A stretch of DNA of 64,000 nucleotides from an uncultured Haloferula sp. (lineage in GTDB: Bacteria; Verrucomicrobiota; Verrucomicrobiia; Verrucomicrobiales; Akkermansiaceae): positions 40,257 through 104,256 of the forward strand of contig CBFGTS010000016.1 of NCBI GenBank assembly GCA_965652295.1, given 5' to 3'. This document shows, piece after piece, positions 1 to 12,487 of this stretch; within the stretch, counting starts at the first letter, position 1, and each line of letters starts with the position of its first letter. Below the pieces are notes generated by a model. The model had not been told where the DNA came from, ran no database searches, and worked only from the letters and a program-made list of their open reading frames with translations. The position numbers and the translations under genes were made by a program.

Positions 1-272
1 ATCCAGGCGAAGACGAAGGCGGCGAAGCAGGGAATGAGGATCCGCAGGGCCCGGCGGCGGATCATGATCGAGTAGAGATTGGGTTTCCCCGCGGCGCGGT
101 CGCGCAGGACCACGCGGGTGACGAAGAAGCCGGTGAGGGTGAGGAAAAAGTAGAGCCCGGTTTCGAAAGGCAGCGGTGTTTCCCAAGCATCGGGGATCCA
201 GTGCAGCCACATCACGCCCAGCACGCCAAAGGCCCGCCAGCCGTCGAGTTGGGTATTGCGCTTCGTGGCCAC
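1..272 (-). CDS. Acyltransferase family 3 (OafA-like) membrane protein, N-terminal part; runs off the window
   Basis: Manual translation from GTG at 272: MATKRNTQLDGWRAFGVLGVMWLHW...GLYFFLTLTGFFVTR...RRALRILIP. This matches the LDGLR..A...V...H / FF.LSGF / RR..RI.P motifs of AT3 proteins. Not in the ORF track because it is truncated. Confidence 0.8.
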   Translation of the reverse strand, partial: MATKRNTQLDGWRAFGVLGVMWLHWIPDAWETPLPFETGLYFFLTLTGFFVTRVVLRDRAAGKPNLYSIMIRRRALRILIPCFAAFVFAW

Positions 273-355
273 GGCGGGGGTTCTAGGTGGCGGGCTCCGA
301 TAGGGACAGGGCAAATCGCCGCGGGCCCCACACGCCGCCTTCCCCTCAACGGAAC

Positions 356-2710
356 CTAACGGGAAGCGGATGGCGGCCGGGTTCCCCATTCCGGGTTGGG
401 GGCGGGCCCCATGGTGAACTGGAGATGGGCGGCGTTCATGAGTTCGTCCCAATACAACCAGCATTGGTCAAGGGTCTCGCCGTCGAGCCGGGCGGACTGG
501 ACATACAGGTTCTCCTTGGAGTTGTTCCTCGTCTCGATGACGAGGGTCTTTCCTGGGCGCAGCTGGATGGTGACCTTCTCGAACAACGGGCTTCCGAGCC
601 CGACAACGGGACGGCTGTCGGTGAGGCCTTTGACGTCGAACAAGCCGAGCGATGCCATCACGTACCATGCTCCGAGCTGGCCCTGATCCTCATCCTGGCC
701 ACGACCGTAGCCGTGAACGGGGTCGGTGCCATAGAAGCGGTCGCAGATCCTCCGGGTCCACTTCTGGGTGAGCCAGGGCTTGCCGGAGAAATTGAAAAGC
801 CAGCTGATGTGAAGGCAGGGTTGGTTGCCGTGGTTATAAAGGGATTGGACTCCGGCGAACGCGTCAATCGTCCGGCCGCCACTGAAATCGTCCTTCTCCG
901 AAACCTCGAAGATGCCGTCCAGACGCTGGTTGAATTCGTCCCTTCCGACCGCCTCGATCAGCGCGACGGGCTGATGGGGCACGAAGAAGGAGTATTGGAC
1001 GGCATTGCCCTCCTGAAAGCCGCGCCAGGCTTCGTGAGGGTGGAATGGGTCGATGAAGCTTCCGTCAGCGGTCTTCGGGTGGATGTAGCGGTTCTCCGGG
1101 TTGAATAGCTGACGCCATCCTTCCGCCAGGCGGCTCAGGTTGGCGTGGTCGTCCTCGTGTCCGAGGTCGCGTGCCATCTGGGCGGCGGCGAAGGCGCTGA
1201 AGCTGTACTCCAGAGTGTGGGACGCGGAGAAGTTCGAGCCGTCCGCGTCGGTGCGATCTTCCGGGTGAAACGGCACGTAACCGCGCTTCACGAACGCCTC
1301 CAGATCCAGCTTTCCAGCTCCGACCGGACGGCCTTTCCAGCCGAGTTCGTTTTTGCGGACCGCCTCGTAGATCGGCCCGATGTCGCCCTTCAGGATGCCG
1401 GTCTGATAGGCACCGGCGATGGCGAGACCAACCATGTTGGTGCCGACGCCTGAAGCGAAGGAGCTGTTGGCGAAACCATCGCCGAACCAGCCCTTGTCCC
1501 GGTAGAGAGTCATCTGCGTGTGGACGAAACTGGAGTACCACTCGGGATAGCTCAGCGCCCACAGCTGGGTGAGATTCCAATAGGCACCCCAGATCGCGTC
1601 GCTGTTGATGAATTGCCGCGTCGGGTCATCCGCGCCTTCGGGGAAGTGCCCGGTCGTGCCGTCGGGCTTCGGATAGTCGCCGTTGGCGTCACTGGCGACG
1701 CCGCGGCCGAGCAAGGCGTGGAAAAGGCCGGTGTAGAATTTCGTCTTGTTGGCGTGGTTGCCGTCCTCGATGGCGAGGCGTCCGAACGCCCGCCTCCATT
1801 CCGCTTGGGCCGCGGCCTTGGCCTGGTCGAAGGAAAGGGTGGCGGCCTCCGCCAGCAGATTCGCCTTGGCGGCCGCGGTGGAGGTGTAGGAAAGACCGAC
1901 TTTGATGCCGATTTCCTCGCCCTCGGTGGTGGCGTAGTTCAGTGCCAGCCCGGCCCCGATGCCTTCCACCGCTTTCCCGCCGTCGAACTCGCCGTCGCGA
2001 TTGAAGGCGACGATTCCCACCGGCTTCCGGTCGAGGGCACCATGGAAATACATCGTCACGCTTCCGCCGGGGTCGTAGCGCTCGATGTATTTCGGAGAGG
2101 TGCGGACGAAGCCTTCGAAATGCAGATCATCGATCATGCGAACGGACGCCGCGGTGACCTCACCGCTCTCGCCCTGCTTGTTTCCGATATCCAGGATGAT
2201 GTGGGCGGAGTCCGCTTCGGGAAACGTGTAGCGGTGAAAGCCCACCCGTTTCGTAGCCGTCAGTTCGGCGGTGATGCCGTAGTCGTCCAGATGAACCTGA
2301 TAGAAGCCCGGTTGCGCGACCTGCTTCCCGCGGGCGAACCGGGAGCGGTAGCCGCTGGAGGGGGCCGTCAAATCGCCCGGCCGCGTTTGAAGCTCTCCCA
2401 CCGTCGGCATGAAGCACACGCCGCCGATCTGCCATTCGTGGAAATGGACGAAGCCTGCCAGCGAGTCGTGCCGGGAATCGTATCCGACCGCTTCCCAACC
2501 GGATGGGTTGCCTTCATGGCCGTTGGTGGACGGTGCCAGCTTCGCCATGCCGTAGGGCACGGCCGCAGGGGTGTAGAAAAACCAGCGGCTGTGCGCGGTC
2601 CCGATCTCGGGATCGACGAACTCAATAGGATCCTGTCCACCCACCGCAAGGACGGTCGCCATGAGAAATGATGCGCACAGCGTCGGCATCGGCTTGAGAA
2701 TGATCGTCAT
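356..2710 (-). CDS. GH92 alpha-mannosidase, secreted
   Basis: 784 aa with signal peptide; FVDPEIGT, PAAVPYGMAKLAP, SHTLEYS, FQEGNAVQYSFFVPH, YNHGNQP and GQDEDQGQLGAWYV motifs typical of GH92. Confidence 0.92.
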   Translation of the reverse strand: MTIILKPMPTLCASFLMATVLAVGGQDPIEFVDPEIGTAHSRWFFYTPAAVPYGMAKLAPSTNGHEGNPSGWEAVGYDSRHDSLAGFVHFHEWQIGGVCFMPTVGELQTRPGDLTAPSSGYRSRFARGKQVAQPGFYQVHLDDYGITAELTATKRVGFHRYTFPEADSAHIILDIGNKQGESGEVTAASVRMIDDLHFEGFVRTSPKYIERYDPGGSVTMYFHGALDRKPVGIVAFNRDGEFDGGKAVEGIGAGLALNYATTEGEEIGIKVGLSYTSTAAAKANLLAEAATLSFDQAKAAAQAEWRRAFGRLAIEDGNHANKTKFYTGLFHALLGRGVASDANGDYPKPDGTTGHFPEGADDPTRQFINSDAIWGAYWNLTQLWALSYPEWYSSFVHTQMTLYRDKGWFGDGFANSSFASGVGTNMVGLAIAGAYQTGILKGDIGPIYEAVRKNELGWKGRPVGAGKLDLEAFVKRGYVPFHPEDRTDADGSNFSASHTLEYSFSAFAAAQMARDLGHEDDHANLSRLAEGWRQLFNPENRYIHPKTADGSFIDPFHPHEAWRGFQEGNAVQYSFFVPHQPVALIEAVGRDEFNQRLDGIFEVSEKDDFSGGRTIDAFAGVQSLYNHGNQPCLHISWLFNFSGKPWLTQKWTRRICDRFYGTDPVHGYGRGQDEDQGQLGAWYVMASLGLFDVKGLTDSRPVVGLGSPLFEKVTIQLRPGKTLVIETRNNSKENLYVQSARLDGETLDQCWLYWDELMNAAHLQFTMGPAPNPEWGTRPPSASR

Positions 2711-2744
2711 GTTGGCGTTCGTGCGATGGCTCGCGGGTCAAGAT

Positions 2745-2762
2745 GAAATGTCCATACATTTC
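2745..2762. promoter_or_regulatory. Palindromic operator 1 (GAAATGT-CCAT-ACATTTC), probable GntR/HutC site
   Basis: Perfect 7-4-7 inverted repeat in the divergent GH92/PMI intergenic region; repeated at 2840. Confidence 0.75.
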
Positions 2763-2839
2763 GAAGGGGATTCAATGGTTGGAGGTCAACCTCGTCAAGC
2801 TAATCCAGATCGGCGGGCGAATTGAGCTTGTCTTCGACC

Positions 2840-2857
2840 GAAATGTAAGAACATTTC
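2840..2857. promoter_or_regulatory. Palindromic operator 2 (GAAATGT-AAGA-ACATTTC)
   Basis: Same arms as 2745-2762; ~40 bp upstream of the PMI start. Confidence 0.75.
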
Positions 2858-2899
2858 CGTTTCAGCAGCCCGCATCCTTGGGTCGTCGATTTCCGCAGC

Positions 2900-4654
2900 A
2901 TGATGAAGCCCGCCAACTACGACAAGCGACCCATCGTGGCGGTTTCCGGGATGGAAGACCAGTGTTGGACCGGCTGGGCGAGGATCGTGTCGACGCTCTC
3001 CGGGCGTCTGGATGCGGAGGGAGGAAGGGTTCTCGTCGTGGAGTGTTGCGTCGGTGTTTCGGTGATAGAGCTCGTTGAGGCGATTCGCCTTCACTTCCCG
3101 GCGGCGGCTGTCTTCGAAGCCTCGGCTGGCTGGCTTGAGCCCGGGGAGATCGAAGGCCGGGTCGCACCATTCCTTGGAAAGGATGATCCCGTCTTCGGTT
3201 ATGTGTCGGCGTTGCGAATGGAGGACTATTTCTCGCCGGAGAAGCTCGTCTCGATGCGGAGGACGATTGCGGAAACCATCGCGCACCGGCCGGTGGTGGT
3301 GGTGGGACCGGGAGCGAGTGTGGTGCATGCCGGGGACGTTCTGGTTTACGCGGAGATGCCGCGTTGGGAGGCGCAGGGGCGGATGCGGCGGGACGAGATG
3401 TCCAACCTCGGAGTCGACAACCGGAAGGAGAAATTGAGCCTCCAGTACAAACGGGCGTTCTTCAATGACTGGCCGGTGTGCGAGCGTCTCAAGCTCGAGC
3501 TGAAGCGCGTCGGATTCCTCTTGGACACCTGCACGGCGGGCGAGCCGAAGCTCATCTCCAGGCAAGCCGCGGCAGAAGCTTACGAAACCGCGCTTTCGCG
3601 CCCGTTCCGCGTGGTGCCCTTCTTCGATCCGGCGCCGTGGGGCGGTCAATGGATGAAGCGGGTCATGGCCCTGCCTGAGGAGGCTCCGAACTACGGCTGG
3701 TGCTTCGATTGCGTCCCGGAGGAAAACAGCATCCTTTTCCGCTTCGGCGATACAGTGGTGGAACTGCCATCGATGAACGTCGTGTTCTTCGATCCCGTCC
3801 GCTTGCTGGGTCCGCGTGTCCATGCGCGCTTCGGCCTCAGCTTCCCCATCCGCTTCGACCTGCTGGATACCGTCGGCGGGGGTAATCTTTCTTTCCAGGT
3901 TCATCCGTTCACGGACTACGCCCAGCGCCACTTCGGGATCCCTTACACGCAGGACGAATCCTACTATCTGCTCGCGGCGGAGGAAGACTCGGCTGTCTAT
4001 CTCGGGCTGAAGGAAGGCGTCGTGCCGGAGGAAATGATCGGCGCGCTTGAGGCCGCGCGGTCGGAGGGCGTCCGTTTCGACGATACCCGGTTCGTCTGCA
4101 AATGGCCGGCGAAGGTCCACGATCACTACCTCATCCCGGCCGGCACCTGCCATTGTTCCGGAGCGGGCACGCTGGTGCTCGAAATCAGCGCCACGCCGAA
4201 CATCTTCACCTTCAAGTTGTGGGATTGGGGCCGGATGGGTCTGGACGGCCTGCCCCGCCCGATCAACGTCGGGCGCGGCAAGCTCAACATTGCCTGGGAC
4301 CGGACGGAGAAGTGGGTGAAACGGGAGCTGGTCAACGCGGTCACTGAGATCGCGAGCGGCGATGGCTGGCGCGAGGAACGCACGGGTCTGCATGAGTTGG
4401 AGTTCATTGAAACCCGCCGTCACTGGTTCACCGGCACCGTCGAGCACCACACCGGCGGCGGTGTGAATGTCATCAATCTCATCGAAGGGAAAGAAGCGGT
4501 GGTGGAGAGTCCGACGGGCGCCTTCGAGCCTTTCGTGGTGCACTACGCCGAAACCTTCATCATTCCGGCCGGCATCGGTGCCTACACCATCCGCCCGTTT
4601 GGCGAAGCCGAAGGTACCCGCTGTGCGACACTCAAGGCTTTCGTCCGAACGTAA
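2900..4654 (+). CDS. Class I mannose-6-phosphate isomerase (cupin) with a ~230-aa extra N-terminal domain
   Basis: P.F.PAPWGG, FPIRFDLLDT, LSFQVHP, QDESYY and IPAGTCH..G..LVLEIS cupin metal motifs; sits in a mannosidase/transporter locus. Confidence 0.85.
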   Translation: MMKPANYDKRPIVAVSGMEDQCWTGWARIVSTLSGRLDAEGGRVLVVECCVGVSVIELVEAIRLHFPAAAVFEASAGWLEPGEIEGRVAPFLGKDDPVFGYVSALRMEDYFSPEKLVSMRRTIAETIAHRPVVVVGPGASVVHAGDVLVYAEMPRWEAQGRMRRDEMSNLGVDNRKEKLSLQYKRAFFNDWPVCERLKLELKRVGFLLDTCTAGEPKLISRQAAAEAYETALSRPFRVVPFFDPAPWGGQWMKRVMALPEEAPNYGWCFDCVPEENSILFRFGDTVVELPSMNVVFFDPVRLLGPRVHARFGLSFPIRFDLLDTVGGGNLSFQVHPFTDYAQRHFGIPYTQDESYYLLAAEEDSAVYLGLKEGVVPEEMIGALEAARSEGVRFDDTRFVCKWPAKVHDHYLIPAGTCHCSGAGTLVLEISATPNIFTFKLWDWGRMGLDGLPRPINVGRGKLNIAWDRTEKWVKRELVNAVTEIASGDGWREERTGLHELEFIETRRHWFTGTVEHHTGGGVNVINLIEGKEAVVESPTGAFEPFVVHYAETFIIPAGIGAYTIRPFGEAEGTRCATLKAFVRT

Positions 4655-4662
4655 CCCGAGCC

Positions 4663-6012
4663 ATGTCCGCCCCACGGAAATCCCCGATGAGCCGTTTGTT
4701 GCTCTTGAGTGCCCTGACTTCGTCGATCGGTTCGTTCCTGTTCGGCTTCGACACCGCGGTCATCGCGGGGACGACTTCATCGTTGCGGGAAGTTTTCGCC
4801 CTCAGCGACTCCCAGGTCGGCTTCGCCGTTTCCTCAGCCCTTTTCGGGGCATTGTTCGGCGCGGCGGCGGTGGGGAAACCCTGCGAACGGTTCGGCCGGG
4901 TGAAGACCTTGTTCGTGTTGGCGGTGCTTTATCTGGTGTCCGTCGTCGGCTGTGCGGGGGCCTGGGATGTGAACTCGCTGATGATCTTCCGTTTTGTCGG
5001 AGGACTCGCCGTGGGTGGTTCATCGGTCGTTTCGCCGATGTACATCACGGAGATCACACCTCCTTCGCGCCGGGGACTGCTGGTGGCGATCAGCCAGCTC
5101 AACATCGTGGCCGGCATTCTCGCCGCGCTGGTTTCCAACTATATCATCGCGGAAACCCTGGGGATGGCCCCCGAAGGGCATGCGTGGCGCTGGATGTTCG
5201 GCGCGGAGGCCTTGCCCGCCCTGCTGTTCCTCATTTCCGTGCTGCTCATCCCGGAAAGCCCGCGCTGGTTGGCTCATCGAGGCTGTCACGAACAAGCTCT
5301 CACCACGCTACGACGGCTGGGCTACCCTGACGGCGAAGGCGACCTTGCCCGCATCGAGGCATCGTACCATGGCGGGGAAGCGGCCCGCGAATCCCTTCTC
5401 CAGAAGCGCCATCTCAAACCCTTGCTGTTGGTCTTCGCCCTTGCGGCGTTCAACCAGTTTGATGGCATCAATGCCATTCTGTACTACGTCACCGATATCT
5501 TCCGGATGGCTGGCTTCGCCGAAACGGACGCCTTCAAACAATCCGCCGTGGTCGGCGCGGTGAACCTTGTCTTCACGGTCGTGGGCATGGCGCTGATCGA
5601 CCGCGTCGGCCGCAGGCTGCTGCTGCTGGCCGGTTCCATCACCTTCATCCTTTCCCACGCGCTCGCGGCGTGGGTATTTCTCAGCGGAAGCGGCGGTTGG
5701 CTCGCAGTGGTCGCCGCCGGTGGCATCGTCGCTTCCCACGCCTATTCCCAGGGCGCGGTGATCTGGGTCTGCATCAACGAACTGCTGCCGAACGCCATCC
5801 GTGCCGCCGGGGCATCGGCGGCCTGTTTCGTCCTCTGGGGGCTTGCGATCGTTGTCAGCACGGCGTTTCCCATCATGATCTCGGTCTGGGGCGGCTTCGT
5901 GTTCCTGATTTTCGCCGCGATGATGGCGATCCAGTTCTTCGTCGTCTGGGGATTCATGCCCGAGACGAAAGGTCGCTCTCTCGAGGAGATCGAGCGTTCG
6001 CTGAGCGGTTGA
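4663..6012 (+). CDS. MFS sugar porter
   Basis: FLFGFDTAVIAG, RFGR, PESPRWL, DRVGRR and PETKGRSLEEI sugar-porter signatures; about 12 hydrophobic segments. Confidence 0.95.
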   Translation: MSAPRKSPMSRLLLLSALTSSIGSFLFGFDTAVIAGTTSSLREVFALSDSQVGFAVSSALFGALFGAAAVGKPCERFGRVKTLFVLAVLYLVSVVGCAGAWDVNSLMIFRFVGGLAVGGSSVVSPMYITEITPPSRRGLLVAISQLNIVAGILAALVSNYIIAETLGMAPEGHAWRWMFGAEALPALLFLISVLLIPESPRWLAHRGCHEQALTTLRRLGYPDGEGDLARIEASYHGGEAARESLLQKRHLKPLLLVFALAAFNQFDGINAILYYVTDIFRMAGFAETDAFKQSAVVGAVNLVFTVVGMALIDRVGRRLLLLAGSITFILSHALAAWVFLSGSGGWLAVVAAGGIVASHAYSQGAVIWVCINELLPNAIRAAGASAACFVLWGLAIVVSTAFPIMISVWGGFVFLIFAAMMAIQFFVVWGFMPETKGRSLEEIERSLSG

Positions 6013-6077
6013 GTTTCCCGACCCTGGTGGGAACATTTGGCTCGGCGTCGAATCCTCCGTATGAACCATCGCCCCGA

Positions 6078-6809
6078 ATGACGATCGATCCCAGCAGTCC
6101 GGTGCCGCTCCACGCCCAGGTGGAGAGCCTGCTGCGTGAGATGATCAAGCAGCCGAAGTACCAACAGGGAGAGCTGCTGCCGCCGGAGGCAAGAATCGCC
6201 GAACAACTGGAGGTCAGCCGCAATACCGTGCGTGCGGCCATTTCCCGGCTGGTGCAGGAAGGGGTGTTGGAAAGGAGGGCCGGCCGCGGCACCCGTTACG
6301 TCCATGAGCCGCTGCGGACGAGCTTGAAGAGCTGGCCGAGTTTCAGCCGCGAGATGAAGCAAAAGGGTATCGAGGTGTCCGTCTTCTCGCTGAATGCCGA
6401 GCTGCTTTCGCCTCCAGATGAAATCGTGCGAGCGCTCCATCTTTCCGAAGACGAGAGGAAAGGGCGGATTCTCAAGATGGAGCGGATCCGGGGATACCAT
6501 GATGTACCCGCCGTGTATTCGATCTCGTGGTTCCATCCGAGGACCGGTCTCCAGGTCGCCGACGATTTCTCCCGGCCTTTGTACCAATTGATCCACGCCA
6601 AGAGCGGTCTGGCCGCCGACTCATCCGAGGAAGAGATCTCGGCGGCTGTGGCGGACCGCGCGCTTGGTGAAAGGCTCTGCTGCGAGGCGGGGGACGCGGT
6701 TCTCGTCCGCAGGCGCATCGTGCGCGATCCGGCGAGGAAGGAGATCGAATACAACCTGAACTTTTACCGGGCCGATCGTTTTTCCTACGGATTGACGCTT
6801 CAGAAATAG
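6078..6809 (+). CDS. GntR family regulator, HutC/UTRA subfamily
   Basis: From ATG 6078: P.H.QV...L, LLPPE..IA..L.VSRNTVRAAI..LV.EG.L.RR.GRGT wHTH, followed by a UTRA-type C-terminus (YRADRF). Confidence 0.93.
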   Translation: MTIDPSSPVPLHAQVESLLREMIKQPKYQQGELLPPEARIAEQLEVSRNTVRAAISRLVQEGVLERRAGRGTRYVHEPLRTSLKSWPSFSREMKQKGIEVSVFSLNAELLSPPDEIVRALHLSEDERKGRILKMERIRGYHDVPAVYSISWFHPRTGLQVADDFSRPLYQLIHAKSGLAADSSEEEISAAVADRALGERLCCEAGDAVLVRRRIVRDPARKEIEYNLNFYRADRFSYGLTLQK

Positions 6810-6850
6810 GACTCTCTTTCAGGAGAGCGGGCTTTATCGGCGCTCCCTTC

Positions 6851-9283
6851 CTACCAGGCTGGATTGCCGCGATCGTCATACGGCAGCCATAGTAGGGCCA
6901 CGCGGTCGACCTGGACCTGGGTGCGGGAGGGTTTGAGGACCTCGATGTCGAGATCGAGAGCTTCGGGAGCGAAGCTGCGATCGAGCTCGGCGATATCGGC
7001 CTGGAGTTCTTCTTCAAGCGCCTTCATGTCCGCCTCGATGGCCTCCACCTTGTCTTCGGCCAGGCCGATGTCCCGGTGCTGCTGGAAAGCGCGGCTGGCG
7101 CGGGAGACGGAGGTCCGGGCGCTGCGGCGTCGGCCGCCGAGCACGCCGCCGAGGAGCGAGCCGAAGACGCTCATGCCGGCTTCGAGCTTCGCCGTATTGG
7201 CCTGCCCTTTTTCGCGCTCGACCGCGGCCTCGGCGGTGCGAAGACGGTTCTCCAGGGTCTTGAGCTTGGACTCGGTCTTGTCGCGGAGCTTCTCCACGAC
7301 TTCATCGCGCGCCTCGCGGGCGGCGTGGGAAAGGCGGACGCGGAAGTCGGCCTCGGATTCGCCGAGCCGCGAATATTGCCTGAGTTCCCGGCTGCAGAAA
7401 ATTTCGGCCCGCTCGTGGTGGTAGAGCCAATCGTCGAACTCCTTGGCGACGCCCTTGTAGTTGTCGGCGTTCATGGCGAAGCCGGGCAGTTCCGCGAAGC
7501 CGGCACCTTCGCCGGGCTGGTGGCTGAGTTCCTCCGGCTTGAGCGGAGGAGGAACTTCGCGATCCCAGTCGATGCCGGTGGCGGTGACGGGATTGACCTT
7601 GCGGACGGTGCGGGAGCCTTCGACCCCGGCCTTGGCGGAGGAAAAACGGACGGTGCCGACGCGCAGCAGGTGAGGCCGGTAGGTGACGTCGCGGGTGGAG
7701 CCGGCGACCGGCGCGAAGTGCTCGATGATGCCGGGGCCGACGATGGGGCGGGCCGAGGACGGATGGACGGAGGTGGGTGGTCCCATGGACATGGGGTTCG
7801 TGGAGGGGGACCGGGCTGGTCCCGCCACGGCCTGCGACGGGCCGGCGCAGCCACTGAACGCATCCCGCTTCGGATCCATCAGCTTTTTGATCGACCCGCG
7901 GGTGAGGGGGCCGGCGAGGTAGCTCATGACCCAGCGGACGTGGAAAAGCTCCGGCGCGTCCGCGTGGACGTTGTTGAGGAGGAAAACGCGGCTGCCGAGG
8001 CCGGAGAGGAGTTTCTCCATGTTGGCGCGGTTGAACTGCGAGTTCTGCGCGGCGGCGGCACCTTCGAGTCCGTCGAGCACGCGCAGCTTGTCGCGCTCCG
8101 TTTGCAGGCGGCCGAGGAACCAGGTGCCGATGTTCGACAGCGCTTTGTAGTCGAGATCGACCGGATTCTGCGTGGCGAGCAGGCAGCCGAGGCCGAAGGC
8201 GCGGCCCTGCTTGAGCATGGTCATCATCGGCTTCTTGCTCGGCGGATTGGCCGTGGGCGGGAGGTAGCCGTAGATTTCATCCATGTAGAGCAGCGCCCGC
8301 AACGAGGTCGTACCGCTCTGTGTGCGCATCCAGCCAAGCATCTGGTTGAGCAGCAGGCTGACGAAGAACATCCGCTCGCTGTCGGAAAGGTGGGCGATGC
8401 TGAAAATGGAGACACGCGGCTTGCCGTCGGGGGCGTGCAGCATGCTGGCAATGTCGAGCGGCGGGCCTTCGAGCCAGGTCTGGAAACCGGGCGAGGCGAG
8501 CATGGCGTTGAACTTCAGCGCCAGGCTCTGGCGGTCGCTGGTGGAAATGAAGCTCTCCAAATCGAGCACGCCGACTTTGTCGAAAGGTGGCTTCTGGAGG
8601 TGGCGGATCAGGCTTTCCAGTGAAAGATCGCGGCCGCCACGCCATTCGTGGCTGAAGACGTTGGCGAGCAGGATGGCCTCGGGCGATTGGATTGGGTCGG
8701 CATCGACGCCGACCAGCGACAGCAGTGAGGCGACGGTCGACTCGATGCGTTCGCCGAACAGCTCGCCATCGTCGACGATCTCGAAAGGCGGCGCGGCGAG
8801 CGAGGCGAGGATGGAGACCGGGATGCCGGCGTTGGAGCCGGGGGTGAAAATGTTGACGTCCACGCTGTCGCGCAGCGTCCGGATGCGCTCGGGAGTCTGG
8901 CCCCAGTCAGCGAGGCCGTTCTTCCACATGTGGGCGGTTTTCTCCGCGAACTCATCGGGAGTGACGCCCTTTCGCGTGGCGTCGTCCTCGTTGATCCAAG
9001 GGTGGAAATCGGACGCGGCGAGATCGGGAAAGGTGAGGAGGAGGTTGGCGATGTCGCCTTTGGGATCGATGACGATCGCCGGGATGTGGTCGATGGCGGC
9101 TTCTTCCAGCAGGGCCATGCAGAGGCCGGTTTTCCCGGAGCCGGTCATGCCGAGGACGACGCCGTGGGTGACGAGGTCCCTTGAGTCGTAAAGCACGAGA
9201 TCCTCGGTCGGCTTGGCGGCCTCGGGATCGAAGGTTTTCCCGAGGTAGAACGAGCCGAGCTTTTCGTAGGTGGAGGCGTCCAT
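6851..9283 (-). CDS. HerA/FtsK-superfamily P-loop ATPase (DUF87/DUF853-like) with C-terminal coiled coil
   Basis: Walker A GMTGSGKT, IDPKGD, Walker B LYMDE, GRAFGLG..LATQNP; charged heptad-rich C-terminus. Confidence 0.8.
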   Translation of the reverse strand: MDASTYEKLGSFYLGKTFDPEAAKPTEDLVLYDSRDLVTHGVVLGMTGSGKTGLCMALLEEAAIDHIPAIVIDPKGDIANLLLTFPDLAASDFHPWINEDDATRKGVTPDEFAEKTAHMWKNGLADWGQTPERIRTLRDSVDVNIFTPGSNAGIPVSILASLAAPPFEIVDDGELFGERIESTVASLLSLVGVDADPIQSPEAILLANVFSHEWRGGRDLSLESLIRHLQKPPFDKVGVLDLESFISTSDRQSLALKFNAMLASPGFQTWLEGPPLDIASMLHAPDGKPRVSIFSIAHLSDSERMFFVSLLLNQMLGWMRTQSGTTSLRALLYMDEIYGYLPPTANPPSKKPMMTMLKQGRAFGLGCLLATQNPVDLDYKALSNIGTWFLGRLQTERDKLRVLDGLEGAAAAQNSQFNRANMEKLLSGLGSRVFLLNNVHADAPELFHVRWVMSYLAGPLTRGSIKKLMDPKRDAFSGCAGPSQAVAGPARSPSTNPMSMGPPTSVHPSSARPIVGPGIIEHFAPVAGSTRDVTYRPHLLRVGTVRFSSAKAGVEGSRTVRKVNPVTATGIDWDREVPPPLKPEELSHQPGEGAGFAELPGFAMNADNYKGVAKEFDDWLYHHERAEIFCSRELRQYSRLGESEADFRVRLSHAAREARDEVVEKLRDKTESKLKTLENRLRTAEAAVEREKGQANTAKLEAGMSVFGSLLGGVLGGRRRSARTSVSRASRAFQQHRDIGLAEDKVEAIEADMKALEEELQADIAELDRSFAPEALDLDIEVLKPSRTQVQVDRVALLWLPYDDRGNPAW

Positions 9284-9343
9284 TTCCGGCGCAGGATGGA
9301 CGTTGCAAGGACGGAGTGCGAAGCAGAAATGCAGGCTGGCGGG

Positions 9344-12483
<3,140 letters not shown>

Positions 12484-12487
<4 letters not shown>

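Noticed and set aside
5670..6077. Long N-terminal extensions in the ORF track (also 14974, 23043, 27495, 35818, 41551, 47447, 61157)
   Set aside because: They overlap neighbouring genes or operators; downstream ATGs give proper signal peptides or domain starts.
6851..9283. HerA-based anti-phage system
   Set aside because: No adjacent nuclease, Sir2 or other effector, and no defence-island context.
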